Virus record (IMG/VR): IMGVR_UViG_3300020207_000022
Location: 1,834 to 65,833 of that record
Source of the DNA: a virus
Lineage: Duplodnaviria > Caudoviricetes
Direction: 5' to 3' (one strand)
DNA: 64,000 nucleotides
A program made the translations under genes and the position numbers. Shown in pieces: positions 37,997 to 47,231 of the stretch (the stretch's first letter is position 1; each line of letters starts with the position of its first letter). Under the pieces are notes generated by a model, which was not told where the DNA came from, made no database searches, and worked only from the letters and a program-made list of their open reading frames with translations.

Positions 37997-38392
37997 TTAT
38001 TTATCAGTTTCAGGGTCTGGAGTAACCGCTTCTTCGTAGTACACGATGATTTCACCTTGTTGATTAATGTATCTACGCAACTCTGCAATGTTGAGTGCAA
38101 GGTTCTCATAATCCTTAACTGAGAACGCAACAAACGCACGATTACCATTAACCTCTTCGAATTCCTTTAAGAACTCTTCAAGGTTATCTTCGTTGACAAC
38201 GTATAGACGTGTGTCAGTTAGGTTGATCGGTTTCGGGCGGGCGACTGTCGGAACTGTCGTTTTCTGAATCTCCGTTACCGTCACCACTTTCGGTTCTGGA
38301 GTCAGGAGACTGCAACCAGCTAGGAAGGGGATCATCCCCAACGCCACCAGTGTCTTGTTCCAATTCACGCCATAGTTTTGCTGTTGCACCAT
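37997..38392 (-). CDS. o-spanin (Rz1-like lipoprotein)
   Basis: lipobox LAGC, Pro-rich linker, overlaps the i-spanin 3' end; real start probably slightly downstream. Confidence 0.75.
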   Translation of the reverse strand: MVQQQNYGVNWNKTLVALGMIPFLAGCSLLTPEPKVVTVTEIQKTTVPTVARPKPINLTDTRLYVVNEDNLEEFLKEFEEVNGNRAFVAFSVKDYENLALNIAELRRYINQQGEIIVYYEEAVTPDPETDK

Positions 38393-38714
38393 TCATCTTT
38401 CCTTCAAGTTGGCCAGGCTCTTTGAGCGCCATCGCCGTCAAATTGTGTCTTTGGAGTTTACCTCTGAGGTCATCACCATATGCCTCAGCTTTTTGAAGAT
38501 CTGCAGATAGTTGGTTATTAAGTTCCGCCATCTTTGCAGCATCTTCTCTGAGTGTTTTAACACTCGCTTCTGCAGTCTGTACTGCAACTTCCATACGTGC
38601 AACATTCGCACGTGCGGTTTCTAAATCAGATTGTAGCTTCTGAACATACAAATAGCCGACCCCACCAGTGGCAAGGACGGCTATTACTATACCGATTTTA
38701 ATTGATGCGATCAT
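38214..38714 (-). CDS. i-spanin (Rz-like)
   Basis: N-terminal TM plus periplasmic coiled coil. Confidence 0.75.
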   Translation of the reverse strand: MIASIKIGIVIAVLATGGVGYLYVQKLQSDLETARANVARMEVAVQTAEASVKTLREDAAKMAELNNQLSADLQKAEAYGDDLRGKLQRHNLTAMALKEPGQLEGKMNGATAKLWRELEQDTGGVGDDPLPSWLQSPDSRTESGDGNGDSENDSSDSRPPETDQPN

Positions 38715-38729
38715 CGATTAAAGAGAAGA

Positions 38730-38948
38730 CTATTCCTCGTCTTCTTCCTCTTCGTCCTCATCTTCATCTTCATCTTCGTCTTCATCATCTTCTGCTTCGT
38801 CTTCTTCTTTGACTTTTGCTTCAGACATCTCTGCATACTTTGCTTCCAAAGCTGCAGATAGACGACCTGCGATTTCTTCTTCAAAATGTTTTTTCATCGC
38901 TACTGGTTCATTTGCCAGTGCGGATTTAATAATATCTTCTACAGACAT
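38730..38948 (-). CDS. gp67-like prohead core protein
   Basis: 72 aa, helical N-half (II..AL.N..V...K.F...IA.R) and poly-DE tail as in T4 gp67. Confidence 0.65.
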   Translation of the reverse strand: MSVEDIIKSALANEPVAMKKHFEEEIAGRLSAALEAKYAEMSEAKVKEEDEAEDDEDEDEDEDEDEEEEDEE

Positions 38949-38950
38949 GG

Positions 38951-39394
38951 TTAATCTCCTAAATTAAGGTTCATTGTCTTTCTATTTATAAATTTGCGAA
39001 AATCTTTTTGATTACGTCTTTTGTATTTGTTTCTCGCTTTAGAACCAACGCCTGGTTCCCCCTGTGGTCCAACACCTATTCCTGCGATCCCACCACCCCC
39101 TGCAGAATTTGCAGGTTCTTCTGATAGTCGTCTCTTATGACGTTTATATCTAGGAAGCGACATCTCTTTTTCTACATCCATGACTGCTTCAACAAATTCG
39201 TTGACCATATTCATAGCATGTACATAATTATCGAAACTTCCCATCTTCAAAAACCTAGAAGCGGCAACATGATCCTTTTCGATTTTCTTTTTAAGAGTGT
39301 CAAGGTTCATGCGTCCGTAACCCTGAATAAGAACTTCAGGGTTGTCGTACTCTTTTTTAGTTTCTGGTTTTTTGAAGATAGTACCTTTTGCCAT
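38951..39394 (-). CDS. conserved late protein
   Basis: LSEEPANSAGGGGIAG...GEPGV motif. Confidence 0.7.
   Translation of the reverse strand: MAKGTIFKKPETKKEYDNPEVLIQGYGRMNLDTLKKKIEKDHVAASRFLKMGSFDNYVHAMNMVNEFVEAVMDVEKEMSLPRYKRHKRRLSEEPANSAGGGGIAGIGVGPQGEPGVGSKARNKYKRRNQKDFRKFINRKTMNLNLGD
38983..38990 (-). promoter_or_regulatory. T4-type late promoter TATAAATA
   Basis: exact consensus 35 nt upstream of the gp67-like start. Confidence 0.7.
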
Positions 39395-39396
39395 TT

Positions 39397-39594
39397 TTAT
39401 ACGTCTACTGTTACTGAGAATTGAACTGATGTTGCGCCTGGAGTGATACCTTTATTACGGAAGTAAGTGTCGAAATCAGAGAATCTAATTGTCCCACTAG
39501 TAGGAATGCCTGGCGCAACACCATAGTATTCATTAATTGCGTGAGGTGTACTTCCTCCAAAGTACCTCACAATGAACGCCATACCGATTGCCAT
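39397..39594 (-). CDS. small protein resembling an adhesin N-terminal attachment motif
   Basis: FGG..P....EYY...GIPTSGTI.FSDF. Confidence 0.55.
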   Translation of the reverse strand: MAIGMAFIVRYFGGSTPHAINEYYGVAPGIPTSGTIRFSDFDTYFRNKGITPGATSVQFSVTVDV

Positions 39595-39998
39595 TATGTA
39601 TCTCCTTCACCAAAATCTCCCTGATTAGCCAAGATAAGATTTAAATATTCACTTTCAAATTTCAAAAGCGCTGGCTCGATTATATCATCGTCCATATCTT
39701 CTGTCAAGAGGGAATCTTCACTAAATTCATTAAATTCTTTGATAAGAAATAGTGCAGCAGCATAAGATGCAAAACGTGAAGATCCGCCAGGCACCTTTGC
39801 GAGAATTTTCTTTAGATTTAGAATCATAAGATCGAAGATACCAAACGCATCTCTTTGCGCTTTTTTCAAAAAGTTTTTGCGCTTGATGAGAATATTTCCT
39901 TTCTCATCAATTATTCCAAGCTTATAGGCTTCCCACTTCTCGAAAGGAGTGACAAGTTTTCTTATGAATGAATAAACTAAAAATAGATCTACGACCAT
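39594..39998 (-). CDS. conserved T4-like late protein
   Basis: Y.FIR.LVTPF..W.AYKLGIIDEKG. Confidence 0.75.
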   Translation of the reverse strand: MVVDLFLVYSFIRKLVTPFEKWEAYKLGIIDEKGNILIKRKNFLKKAQRDAFGIFDLMILNLKKILAKVPGGSSRFASYAAALFLIKEFNEFSEDSLLTEDMDDDIIEPALLKFESEYLNLILANQGDFGEGDT

Positions 39999-40001
39999 TC
40001 G

Positions 40002-40376
40002 TTAGATTCCTTTAAGTACTTGACATATGTGTCTGTCTGATACTATACTATCTTTGTGTATAGATAACCCCTCGTATCGAACGAGAACAGGCATATAATT
40101 CAAATACTCACAAAACGGTTTCAAGTACTCATGGTACTCTGGTAATTTCATGAACAACATGTGAGTTCCATTTTCACCAAATACGTTGTAGATGATGATC
40201 ATGTGATTCAGAATCAACCTTTCTTTCAGTTCGCCTTCTTGTCTATAACGTCCGAACAGTTTCCTCAAATATTGGAAACGTTTCATGTCTTCCTCAAATT
40301 CGGTTATATCCGAACAATGAGGATTGTCATAGTGCTTCATAGCGTACATCAGAAAGGTTGATTCTGTCAAATTCAT
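40002..40376 (-). CDS. conserved T4-like protein
   Basis: YA.KHYDNP.C....EF.ED.KRF.Y.....LILNH.I..YNVF. Confidence 0.8.
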   Translation of the reverse strand: MNLTESTFLMYAMKHYDNPHCSDITEFEEDMKRFQYLRKLFGRYRQEGELKERLILNHMIIIYNVFGENGTHMLFMKLPEYHEYLKPFCEYLNYMPVLVRYEGLSIHKDSIVSDRHICQVLKGI

Positions 40377-40394
40377 AATTTAAATGTTTCAGTC

Positions 40395-40712
40395 TTAGCT
40401 GTCTGCTACGATTGCGTCTTCGTCAACTGTATCACCTGTAATACCCAAGTCACCCGCATCACCCGAAGCAACTTTCATCACTACTAGTGGTTCTGCAATG
40501 TGACGTGTACGTCCATCTGCAGTGGTGTATGTGTGGTACAGGTTCCAGCCTGGCGTACCAAGACCTTTTGCTTTGTTTGACGCAAGTCCCGCTTCTGTCA
40601 AGTCAACGAACACTGCGTTGTCCTTGTCATGCGACTTGTTCGGGTTTGCCGCTGCTGTTTCTAGATACTTAGGTGCGTCCGCCAGTGTATCTGTCTTTCC
40701 CCATTGTGCCAT
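40395..40712 (-). CDS. conserved virion structural protein
   Basis: M..WG.TD, VFVD.TEA, GL.TPGW..Y.TYT, RH.AE.LV. Confidence 0.7.
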   Translation of the reverse strand: MAQWGKTDTLADAPKYLETAAANPNKSHDKDNAVFVDLTEAGLASNKAKGLGTPGWNLYHTYTTADGRTRHIAEPLVVMKVASGDAGDLGITGDTVDEDAIVADS

Positions 40713-42334
40713 TATTCTTCTCCTTGGTTTTCGAATTCTTTATCGACAATTTTTGAAATAAGTTCTGATTTTTCCATACTCTTTACTTTATCTATGTCAT
40801 CTTCTCCATAATGTTTTTGATAAAGTTTCATCAATTCCACTGGCGCTAATTGTTTAAGTTCATTATATCTATTCGCAACCTCATCAGACTTCTCTTCTGT
40901 CTTTGCAGATTCCGAAAGTCTCTTTGAAAGAGATTTCTTGAATTTTTCTTTGAAACTTGATTCTGTGAATACAACTTCATATGATGCAGATCCACCAGTC
41001 TTAGGATCTAACGCCATCATGCGTTCTTTACCTTTAGTGGTGTTCTTATAGTCCTTGTGTACCTTGCGAAAGTCCTTCTTAGAGATGTGGATCTTACCAC
41101 CTTTGATCTCATAGTTCTTCTTCTCTTGTACGTCTGAAGACTCTTTGATTTCATTTCCACAACAACTACACTTTTCACCAATTTCACTGGCATCGTGATT
41201 GCCCTTACAGTGTTCACAATCAGGACCACATCCGCATGAAGCTTCGTCTAGGTTTTCCTCAATTTCTTCTTTCGTGCCCTTCTTCTCCCAAGGTGCTTTT
41301 TTCAGAGTAACTTTTTCTTTACCCTTCTTGGAATAATTTGATACTTTTGCAAGTCTCGCTGCAAGTGCACCTTTTGCGTTTTCATCAAGTTCTTCTTCTA
41401 CTTCCTCACGTTTCATCAACTTCATTGCAACGTCTGCAAGTTTGGTGATCTTTAGACCATCCATCTTTTTCTTGTTTGCATCATTGACCTTGTCGTAGAT
41501 CTGTGAGATTGCAGATGCAGTGAACATGTCAACCATCACACCGTCAATCTTCATCGCTTGTTTTTTCGAAACGATTTCTTTGACTTTTGAGATAGTCGCT
41601 GACTCTTCGTCTAGTTCTACCGACTCTTTAACTTTTTTTTTAATTTTAAAGTTGTCTGCTTTTCTACGGATGTCTGAAAGTGAACTTTTCGAAGACGAAG
41701 GTTTTGCTTTTGCACGACCCTTTGGTGCCATGCCTGGCGCATGGAACTCTACCATTTCCGCATCAGGTTCGTAACTGTTATTCAATGCAGCACGGGCTTT
41801 TGCAAGACGATCCTGTGCTTTTTTAATGCGTTCACGATCCTTTTGTTTCTTCTCTGCTGAGGCTGCACGTTTCTCTGCAGCATCTGCACGACCAGAAGTA
41901 GAAAGTCTTTGACCGATTTTCTGTCCACCTTTGTAAAGTGCTTTAGCGGTTCCACCAACTGCTTTTCCAATACCCTTTGCAACTTTACCAATGAGTTCAT
42001 CTAGTTGTTCTTCAGTTAGATCATCAATGTCATATTCTTCCGCAATGATGTCACATGCTGCTTCAAGATCTTCGTTCGCAACCGCCTTAGAAACTGCTTT
42101 ACGTCTTTTGTGCAGATACTCATCAGAACTATCTACATCACCATCGTTGTCGATATCTTTATCTTTACGATCTTTGAACTTCTTTTTGACTGCTTTTGGA
42201 TCGACTTTATCCATACCTTCGCCGTCATCAGACTTATCGTTAGATGCGTCTTCGTCTTTAATAGATTTCTTCTCTTCCAATGTCTGTGCGACGAGACTGC
42301 CGAAAAGACTGTCGATTTTATCTTTGAAAGTCAT
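40712..42334 (-). CDS. modular K/E-rich internal-head-type protein (540 aa)
   Basis: DIDNDGDVD motif, Cys-rich module, modules bounded by QLDE/VELDE/EELDE/ENLDE; ATAAATA at 42373-42383. Confidence 0.7.
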   Translation of the reverse strand: MTFKDKIDSLFGSLVAQTLEEKKSIKDEDASNDKSDDGEGMDKVDPKAVKKKFKDRKDKDIDNDGDVDSSDEYLHKRRKAVSKAVANEDLEAACDIIAEEYDIDDLTEEQLDELIGKVAKGIGKAVGGTAKALYKGGQKIGQRLSTSGRADAAEKRAASAEKKQKDRERIKKAQDRLAKARAALNNSYEPDAEMVEFHAPGMAPKGRAKAKPSSSKSSLSDIRRKADNFKIKKKVKESVELDEESATISKVKEIVSKKQAMKIDGVMVDMFTASAISQIYDKVNDANKKKMDGLKITKLADVAMKLMKREEVEEELDENAKGALAARLAKVSNYSKKGKEKVTLKKAPWEKKGTKEEIEENLDEASCGCGPDCEHCKGNHDASEIGEKCSCCGNEIKESSDVQEKKNYEIKGGKIHISKKDFRKVHKDYKNTTKGKERMMALDPKTGGSASYEVVFTESSFKEKFKKSLSKRLSESAKTEEKSDEVANRYNELKQLAPVELMKLYQKHYGEDDIDKVKSMEKSELISKIVDKEFENQGEE

Positions 42335-42375
42335 TGTTCTTTCCTTAAGGTTATATTATTCTAATCCAATTGTAT

Positions 42376-42657
42376 TTATTTATGTTCTGTGATTTTTATT
42401 TCCAAATCATCGACGCCTTTTATAAGTCTATGATAGACATTCTTTTCAATGGTAAAGACCAAACCCCTTTTTAAAAGAAAAGGTAGACATCCTTCTATTT
42501 GGAAAGTCCAACCATTTCCTTCAACGATTTCGATGGTTCGATCATTTGCATCTCTGTGCCATACATAATCATCGCTAGAAACATCGAAGCTTCTGCAGAT
42601 GTACTCATTCCCCAGTTTGTCAGTATAAGGTTTACCACCAGTAATCTCCGCCACCAC
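42376..42657 (-). CDS. small cupin-like protein
   Basis: WHRD..DR.I...G.GW.FQ, YHRLIKG. Confidence 0.7.
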   Translation of the reverse strand: MVAEITGGKPYTDKLGNEYICRSFDVSSDDYVWHRDANDRTIEIVEGNGWTFQIEGCLPFLLKRGLVFTIEKNVYHRLIKGVDDLEIKITEHK

Positions 42658-43006
42658 TAAGTCCTAACTGTTTTGCATATTTCGGTAGACGACACGCCCA
42701 GTATCCTGGCGACATCTTATCTGTCTTAGTATCACAACTGTGTCGTGCAGCAAAAGATCTTGCAGCATCCCTGTCACCAATCTTAGATGTCAGTCCACCC
42801 TTTTCGTCACCAAAAGTAATCTTTCTTACATTCCCTGTCTTGGGATCTTTAACATAAACAACATACTTCTTACCGTCCCCACTATTTCTTTTGGGGGAGT
42901 TTAATTCTGGTTGTTCCGCTTCAATAAGAGGTTGTTCGAGAGGAACCGTATTACCCTCGTACAAACCAAACTTGGACTCGTGCGTATATTGTTTAAAACG
43001 TTTCAT
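42632..43006 (-). CDS. DUF6321-like protein with capsid-targeting-type N-terminus
   Basis: MKRFKQYTHE; KKY.VYVK..KI.FGD...SF.ARH.C...YWAC. Confidence 0.7.
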   Translation of the reverse strand: MKRFKQYTHESKFGLYEGNTVPLEQPLIEAEQPELNSPKRNSGDGKKYVVYVKDPKTGNVRKITFGDEKGGLTSKIGDRDAARSFAARHSCDTKTDKMSPGYWACRLPKYAKQLGLSGGGDYWW

Positions 43007-43248
43007 TTGTATGCCGTGCCAATTTTTGTATGTTTCTTTTCACCCGACTGTCTTTTCTGTGCTAGTTTCGTCAAGTTCTTAGTTTCTGCACCAGTAATTT
43101 CATCAGGCATAATATTTTCTAAATCGTCTACATCACCATCAACATCTTTATCGACTCCACGATCCTTAATAGCATGTTGAATAGACTTGTTGGGATCTAA
43201 AACATGCGGAATCTTTTTCTCTGAGATGTAGTGTTTAAAACGTTTCAT
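43003..43248 (-). CDS. small protein with capsid-targeting-type N-terminus
   Basis: MKRFKHYISE; DKDVDGDVD motif. Confidence 0.7.
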   Translation of the reverse strand: MKRFKHYISEKKIPHVLDPNKSIQHAIKDRGVDKDVDGDVDDLENIMPDEITGAETKNLTKLAQKRQSGEKKHTKIGTAYK

Positions 43249-43730
43249 TTTTTATTTTCCATCAACTTTACCGCTTTGTTATATGCGTCTTGATCAACGA
43301 CACCTTCTTTTAAAAGTCGTTCTCTATTAATCATATGTTGCGCTTGCACATCATCTTTTGATCCACCAAAGTAAGGAACACAATGTCCTTCTTCGATCAT
43401 AACCTCAGTGACTAGTCTACCGTCTGGTGTTCTGAAGTCACCTAGAATGCGTCCAAACTTACCACGCATATCTTCACCATTCTTTTCTTCAGTAGTGACC
43501 AACGTACCACCAGCAACCAACAATTCTTTTAGTCTTGCTTTCGCAGCTCTACCAAACAACTTCTCAACTTTATCAGAAGTTCTAGACTCTGGTGTATCAA
43601 TACCCATAATACGAACACGTTCGTCTTTCAACCACATACCAAAACCTAAATCAATATCTACGTCAACGGTATCCCCATCAACTGCTTTCAAGAGTCTAAC
43701 ATCATATTCATTGACTTTTAACTCTTTCAT
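43245..43730 (-). CDS. thermonuclease (SNase) family nuclease
   Basis: VDGDT, RIMGIDTPE, GKFGRIL; start MKELKV. Confidence 0.9.
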   Translation of the reverse strand: MKELKVNEYDVRLLKAVDGDTVDVDIDLGFGMWLKDERVRIMGIDTPESRTSDKVEKLFGRAAKARLKELLVAGGTLVTTEEKNGEDMRGKFGRILGDFRTPDGRLVTEVMIEEGHCVPYFGGSKDDVQAQHMINRERLLKEGVVDQDAYNKAVKLMENKK

Positions 43731-43888
43731 TTTTCTTTCTTCCACATTGTCCATACACCGTATGCGATTGCAATACCTGCACCAATTTTTGCAAGTGGTG
43801 CCATGAACAACACTAGTCCACCTAGTGCAACCAGACCCGCTCCATCCCAAGTGGTGCGTTCTTTTAGTCTACCTGTGATCCATTTCAT
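43727..43888 (-). CDS. small two-TM protein (53 aa, not in the ORF track)
   Basis: MKWITGRLKERTTWDGAGLVALG...; AGGAGA RBS. Confidence 0.7.
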   Translation of the reverse strand: MKWITGRLKERTTWDGAGLVALGGLVLFMAPLAKIGAGIAIAYGVWTMWKKEK

Positions 43889-43900
43889 GGGAATATCTCC

Positions 43901-46900
43901 TTATCTACGTCTACGAGATTTCAGGATACTTTCCCTAATACGTTGTGTGAACCTCTGTGGTGCACCTTCGCCTGGCGTTGCCTTCTTGAATGTATCCGTA
44001 GTCTCCTGTGTTCCATATTCAAGAGGTTTCTTAGACTCTTCAAGTTTCTTTGAGTCTTCCTCAGTAATTCCACGTTGTTGTTTCTGCGAGTCAATCCATT
44101 TCTTTGCAACAGGTGATTTCACTGGTTTCTTAACCCACGCAGACATTTTCTTATATGCGTTAGTTGAACCAGACTGCCAATCTGCACCATCAGAGTTGTC
44201 GACGATGATCATTCCAGTTCCAAAGAATTTCTGGAACTTACCAATGTTGTCCTGCACTGCATTCCACATCTTGGTGACTTCTTTTGCACCAAGTGTGCGA
44301 TCACGTTTTGCATCACGTGCAATCGCAGTTTCTAGGTTTGTGTTAACAAAGATCATTCCGACTTCGTAACCTATTTTCTTCAGCGCAATAGCCTGTTTCT
44401 CAATCTTTGCGTAGTCTTTACCTGTACCATCGATAACCAGACCCAGACGACCATTCAACGCAAGTTCCTGTTGTTTTGCAGTCAGTCGTTTTGCTTTCGC
44501 ACGTGCGTCCTGTCCTTTAGGTGTGAAGATGTCTTCTGGTGTCGCTTTTAGTCCTACCTTTTTCAACTGTGCTTCAAATGCAGGGTCAGAGTTGATCAGT
44601 TTCAGACCAAGTGTAGTCAATGCAGTCTTACCAACCATGAATGATTTACCACTGCCTGGACCACCTGCAAGGAACACTGCCTTGAAGATGCCTGGATCGT
44701 TTACACCTTCTTCTAGTTCAACTTCTTCCATCGTTGACTTTGTTTTTTGACTCATAGCTTTTTGAGTACGATTTCTTACTTTGTCTAACTTTTTTTCAAG
44801 GTGATCGTTGTCTTTACCAGTAAGTATAGCTTCGTTACGTTTCGACTTTTGGAACGATTTATAGTCTTTACGGCGATCTGCATCCTTCTGCATTAAAGAT
44901 AGGATTTTCTCACGTGGTTCTGTGTCCAGATCATCAACGAACTTCTTCAGTTGGTTGGTCTGACCTTTCTTCATCATCATTGCAGCCTTCATAAAGTCCA
45001 TCTTGTCGATGCCGCCATTCTTACGTGCATATGTTTCAAGTTCTTTTGCAGCACGTGACATGTTTTCGTCAAGTTCTTCTTTTTTCATACGCTTCTTCCA
45101 CATATAGTCTTTTACGACTTTGCGGATTTCGTCTGTGTTTGTTGTGCGCTTATTAGCAAACATAGTCATAATAACATCCATAGACTTACCATCGTCAACT
45201 GCTTTTTGAATTCCTTTGACATTGACTTTTTCTTCTAGTTCAACTGACTCATCCATAACTTTCATGATGTGTTTGTCCAGTTCACCGAACGCCTTCATCA
45301 TGTCCGATTCAGATGCACCCATCTTTTCAAGTTCTTTCTTCAACATATCCATCGCTGCGAAACGGTTCTTATCTTGGATACGTTCACTACGACCTTTACT
45401 TGTTTTAACGAAGAACTTGTGCGCTTTGTCGATTGCTTTCTTGTGTTTTGAATTCTCCTGTAGATCTTCCTCTACAAGTGATTCGAACTGCGCATCTAAA
45501 TCTGTTGACTCTTTATACATGTTTAACTCGTATCTTTTGTTATCTAGGTTTGCAACTTGAATATGAACCGCCTTTTTACCAGACTTATCTGTTAGACGAT
45601 ATGTGTTTGTTTTACCCTTGGAAGGTTTACGAGGACCAGTCGCAACTTTATTATCAATCTCTTCTGGATCAATCTCAATCTTCAATTTGTCTTTCGCATG
45701 TTTGTATGCATGTTGCATTGCAGACGAGAAGTCTTTGTGATATAGTTCGTAACCTGTTGACGATTTACCTTCGTTCATTTCTTCGTTCCTTACCTTCTTT
45801 GCAAGATCTTGGTCTGCGCCACCCCAAGTACCCTTAGACTTGGTGACAAATGAGTTAACACGTGCAAGTCCCCACTGTGTTGCGGTTGTGCCTGGTCTGT
45901 GACCAGTTCTCCACGCCGCAACTCCACGGTCAAACACTTTCTTCAGAATGCTCAAAGGCATCCCTGTCTTATCCGCTTTCTTTTTTAATGCTTCACCAGA
46001 ATCCTCAGTGATTGCATTCTCAGTAGATTCCATCAAATCAAAGACTTGCATCGATAAGTCTTCAACACTCTCTTTTAGTGGTTTCTCATCATCATGCAAC
46101 ATCTGTTTCTTTTTAAACATTTTGAAACGACCATCAAACTTGACCCCTGCGTTACCAGCTTTCAACATCATATGTGGTCTCTTGCGAATTCTCATATCCG
46201 CACGTGATGCTTCATCCATGTTAACGAATTCCTCATACTTGATGATCTTAGAAGTTGTTTTAAAATCAGGTTTTCTCATGATAGTCTTATTGACGAGTTC
46301 GATTTCGTCACCCTTTTGTTTGATTACTACTGGAAGGTTTAGATCCGACGAAAGATCCTTCAGTACCGCTTCAAGTCCTGCGTTACCTTGAATGTTCTTC
46401 GCCTTGTTCTTTTGGATCTTCTTGAATAGTTTCTGCAACTCTACGACCTTGATCTCAGGTGAGTTGCGTTTGTCGTTCATACGATCTTTGAAATGTTTTG
46501 TGAATTCAACATCGACTTTAAACTTCGCAAGAAGTCTATCTGCAAACTTTTCTAGATCGTCGATTTGTTTTTGAGACACTTCTTCTTGTACCATCTTGAC
46601 GAGATCTCTTCCACTGATATCTCTATATCCACGTGCAACTTGTGCAGCATAGTATCCGATGTCGTGTTTCGCATCTTTTTTCTTGCGGTTCCAAACCTTT
46701 TGCAGTGTGTCTGCAGCGTGTTTGATCATCTTCTCTTTGTTTGCTTCATCAATACGATTACCATCTTTGTCGTACTTACCAGACTTTTTCTTTGCGATTG
46801 CAATCGCCGCTTGTTGGGCGGGGGATACAGCTTCGTTCTTCTTCGCCATCTTTGTGATGGTTGCGTAATAGATGCGTTCGCCTTCCTCTTCACCGTATCG

Positions 46901-47230
46901 ATCAATGAAGTCTTTCTTGTCGATCTTCTTCTCGTACTCCTTCATCTTATCTTTTTCTGCAGGAGTCAGTGCACGTTCACCGTACATCTGTTTGAACTTG
47001 TTAGTATGTTTGGAAGGTTTTGTCTTCGCCTCTTTATCGCCAGGCGCAGGTTTATATGCACGAGGATCATCATCAGACATCTTCGCTTGTCGTGCAAACT
47101 GTTTTGCACGTTTTTCTTTTTCGTCTTTGTCTACACCTTTATAGTACTTAGAGGGTTGAGTGCCAGGCAACTCATCCACGTCTCTGTCCTGTGAGACTTT
47201 CATTTTCTCAACAAAGGTTCCGAATCGCAT
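43901..47230 (-). CDS. 1109-aa multi-module protein with DUF5824-like module and C-terminal zeta-toxin-like P-loop kinase
   Basis: RG.AAW.TGHRPG...QWG.ARVNSF; KAVFLAGGPGSGKS, INSD, IDGTG, R..KR.R, VDNS. Confidence 0.8.
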   Translation of the reverse strand: MRFGTFVEKMKVSQDRDVDELPGTQPSKYYKGVDKDEKEKRAKQFARQAKMSDDDPRAYKPAPGDKEAKTKPSKHTNKFKQMYGERALTPAEKDKMKEYEKKIDKKDFIDRYGEEEGERIYYATITKMAKKNEAVSPAQQAAIAIAKKKSGKYDKDGNRIDEANKEKMIKHAADTLQKVWNRKKKDAKHDIGYYAAQVARGYRDISGRDLVKMVQEEVSQKQIDDLEKFADRLLAKFKVDVEFTKHFKDRMNDKRNSPEIKVVELQKLFKKIQKNKAKNIQGNAGLEAVLKDLSSDLNLPVVIKQKGDEIELVNKTIMRKPDFKTTSKIIKYEEFVNMDEASRADMRIRKRPHMMLKAGNAGVKFDGRFKMFKKKQMLHDDEKPLKESVEDLSMQVFDLMESTENAITEDSGEALKKKADKTGMPLSILKKVFDRGVAAWRTGHRPGTTATQWGLARVNSFVTKSKGTWGGADQDLAKKVRNEEMNEGKSSTGYELYHKDFSSAMQHAYKHAKDKLKIEIDPEEIDNKVATGPRKPSKGKTNTYRLTDKSGKKAVHIQVANLDNKRYELNMYKESTDLDAQFESLVEEDLQENSKHKKAIDKAHKFFVKTSKGRSERIQDKNRFAAMDMLKKELEKMGASESDMMKAFGELDKHIMKVMDESVELEEKVNVKGIQKAVDDGKSMDVIMTMFANKRTTNTDEIRKVVKDYMWKKRMKKEELDENMSRAAKELETYARKNGGIDKMDFMKAAMMMKKGQTNQLKKFVDDLDTEPREKILSLMQKDADRRKDYKSFQKSKRNEAILTGKDNDHLEKKLDKVRNRTQKAMSQKTKSTMEEVELEEGVNDPGIFKAVFLAGGPGSGKSFMVGKTALTTLGLKLINSDPAFEAQLKKVGLKATPEDIFTPKGQDARAKAKRLTAKQQELALNGRLGLVIDGTGKDYAKIEKQAIALKKIGYEVGMIFVNTNLETAIARDAKRDRTLGAKEVTKMWNAVQDNIGKFQKFFGTGMIIVDNSDGADWQSGSTNAYKKMSAWVKKPVKSPVAKKWIDSQKQQRGITEEDSKKLEESKKPLEYGTQETTDTFKKATPGEGAPQRFTQRIRESILKSRRRR

Positions 47231-47231
47231 T

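Noticed and set aside
38730-38800. TCTTCA/TCTTCG tandem repeat
   Set aside because: It simply encodes the poly-Asp/Glu tail of the gp67-like protein
44070-44707. Zeta-like kinase as a toxin-antitoxin toxin
   Set aside because: No epsilon-like antitoxin is recognisable, and the domain is fused within a late multi-module protein; substrate unknown
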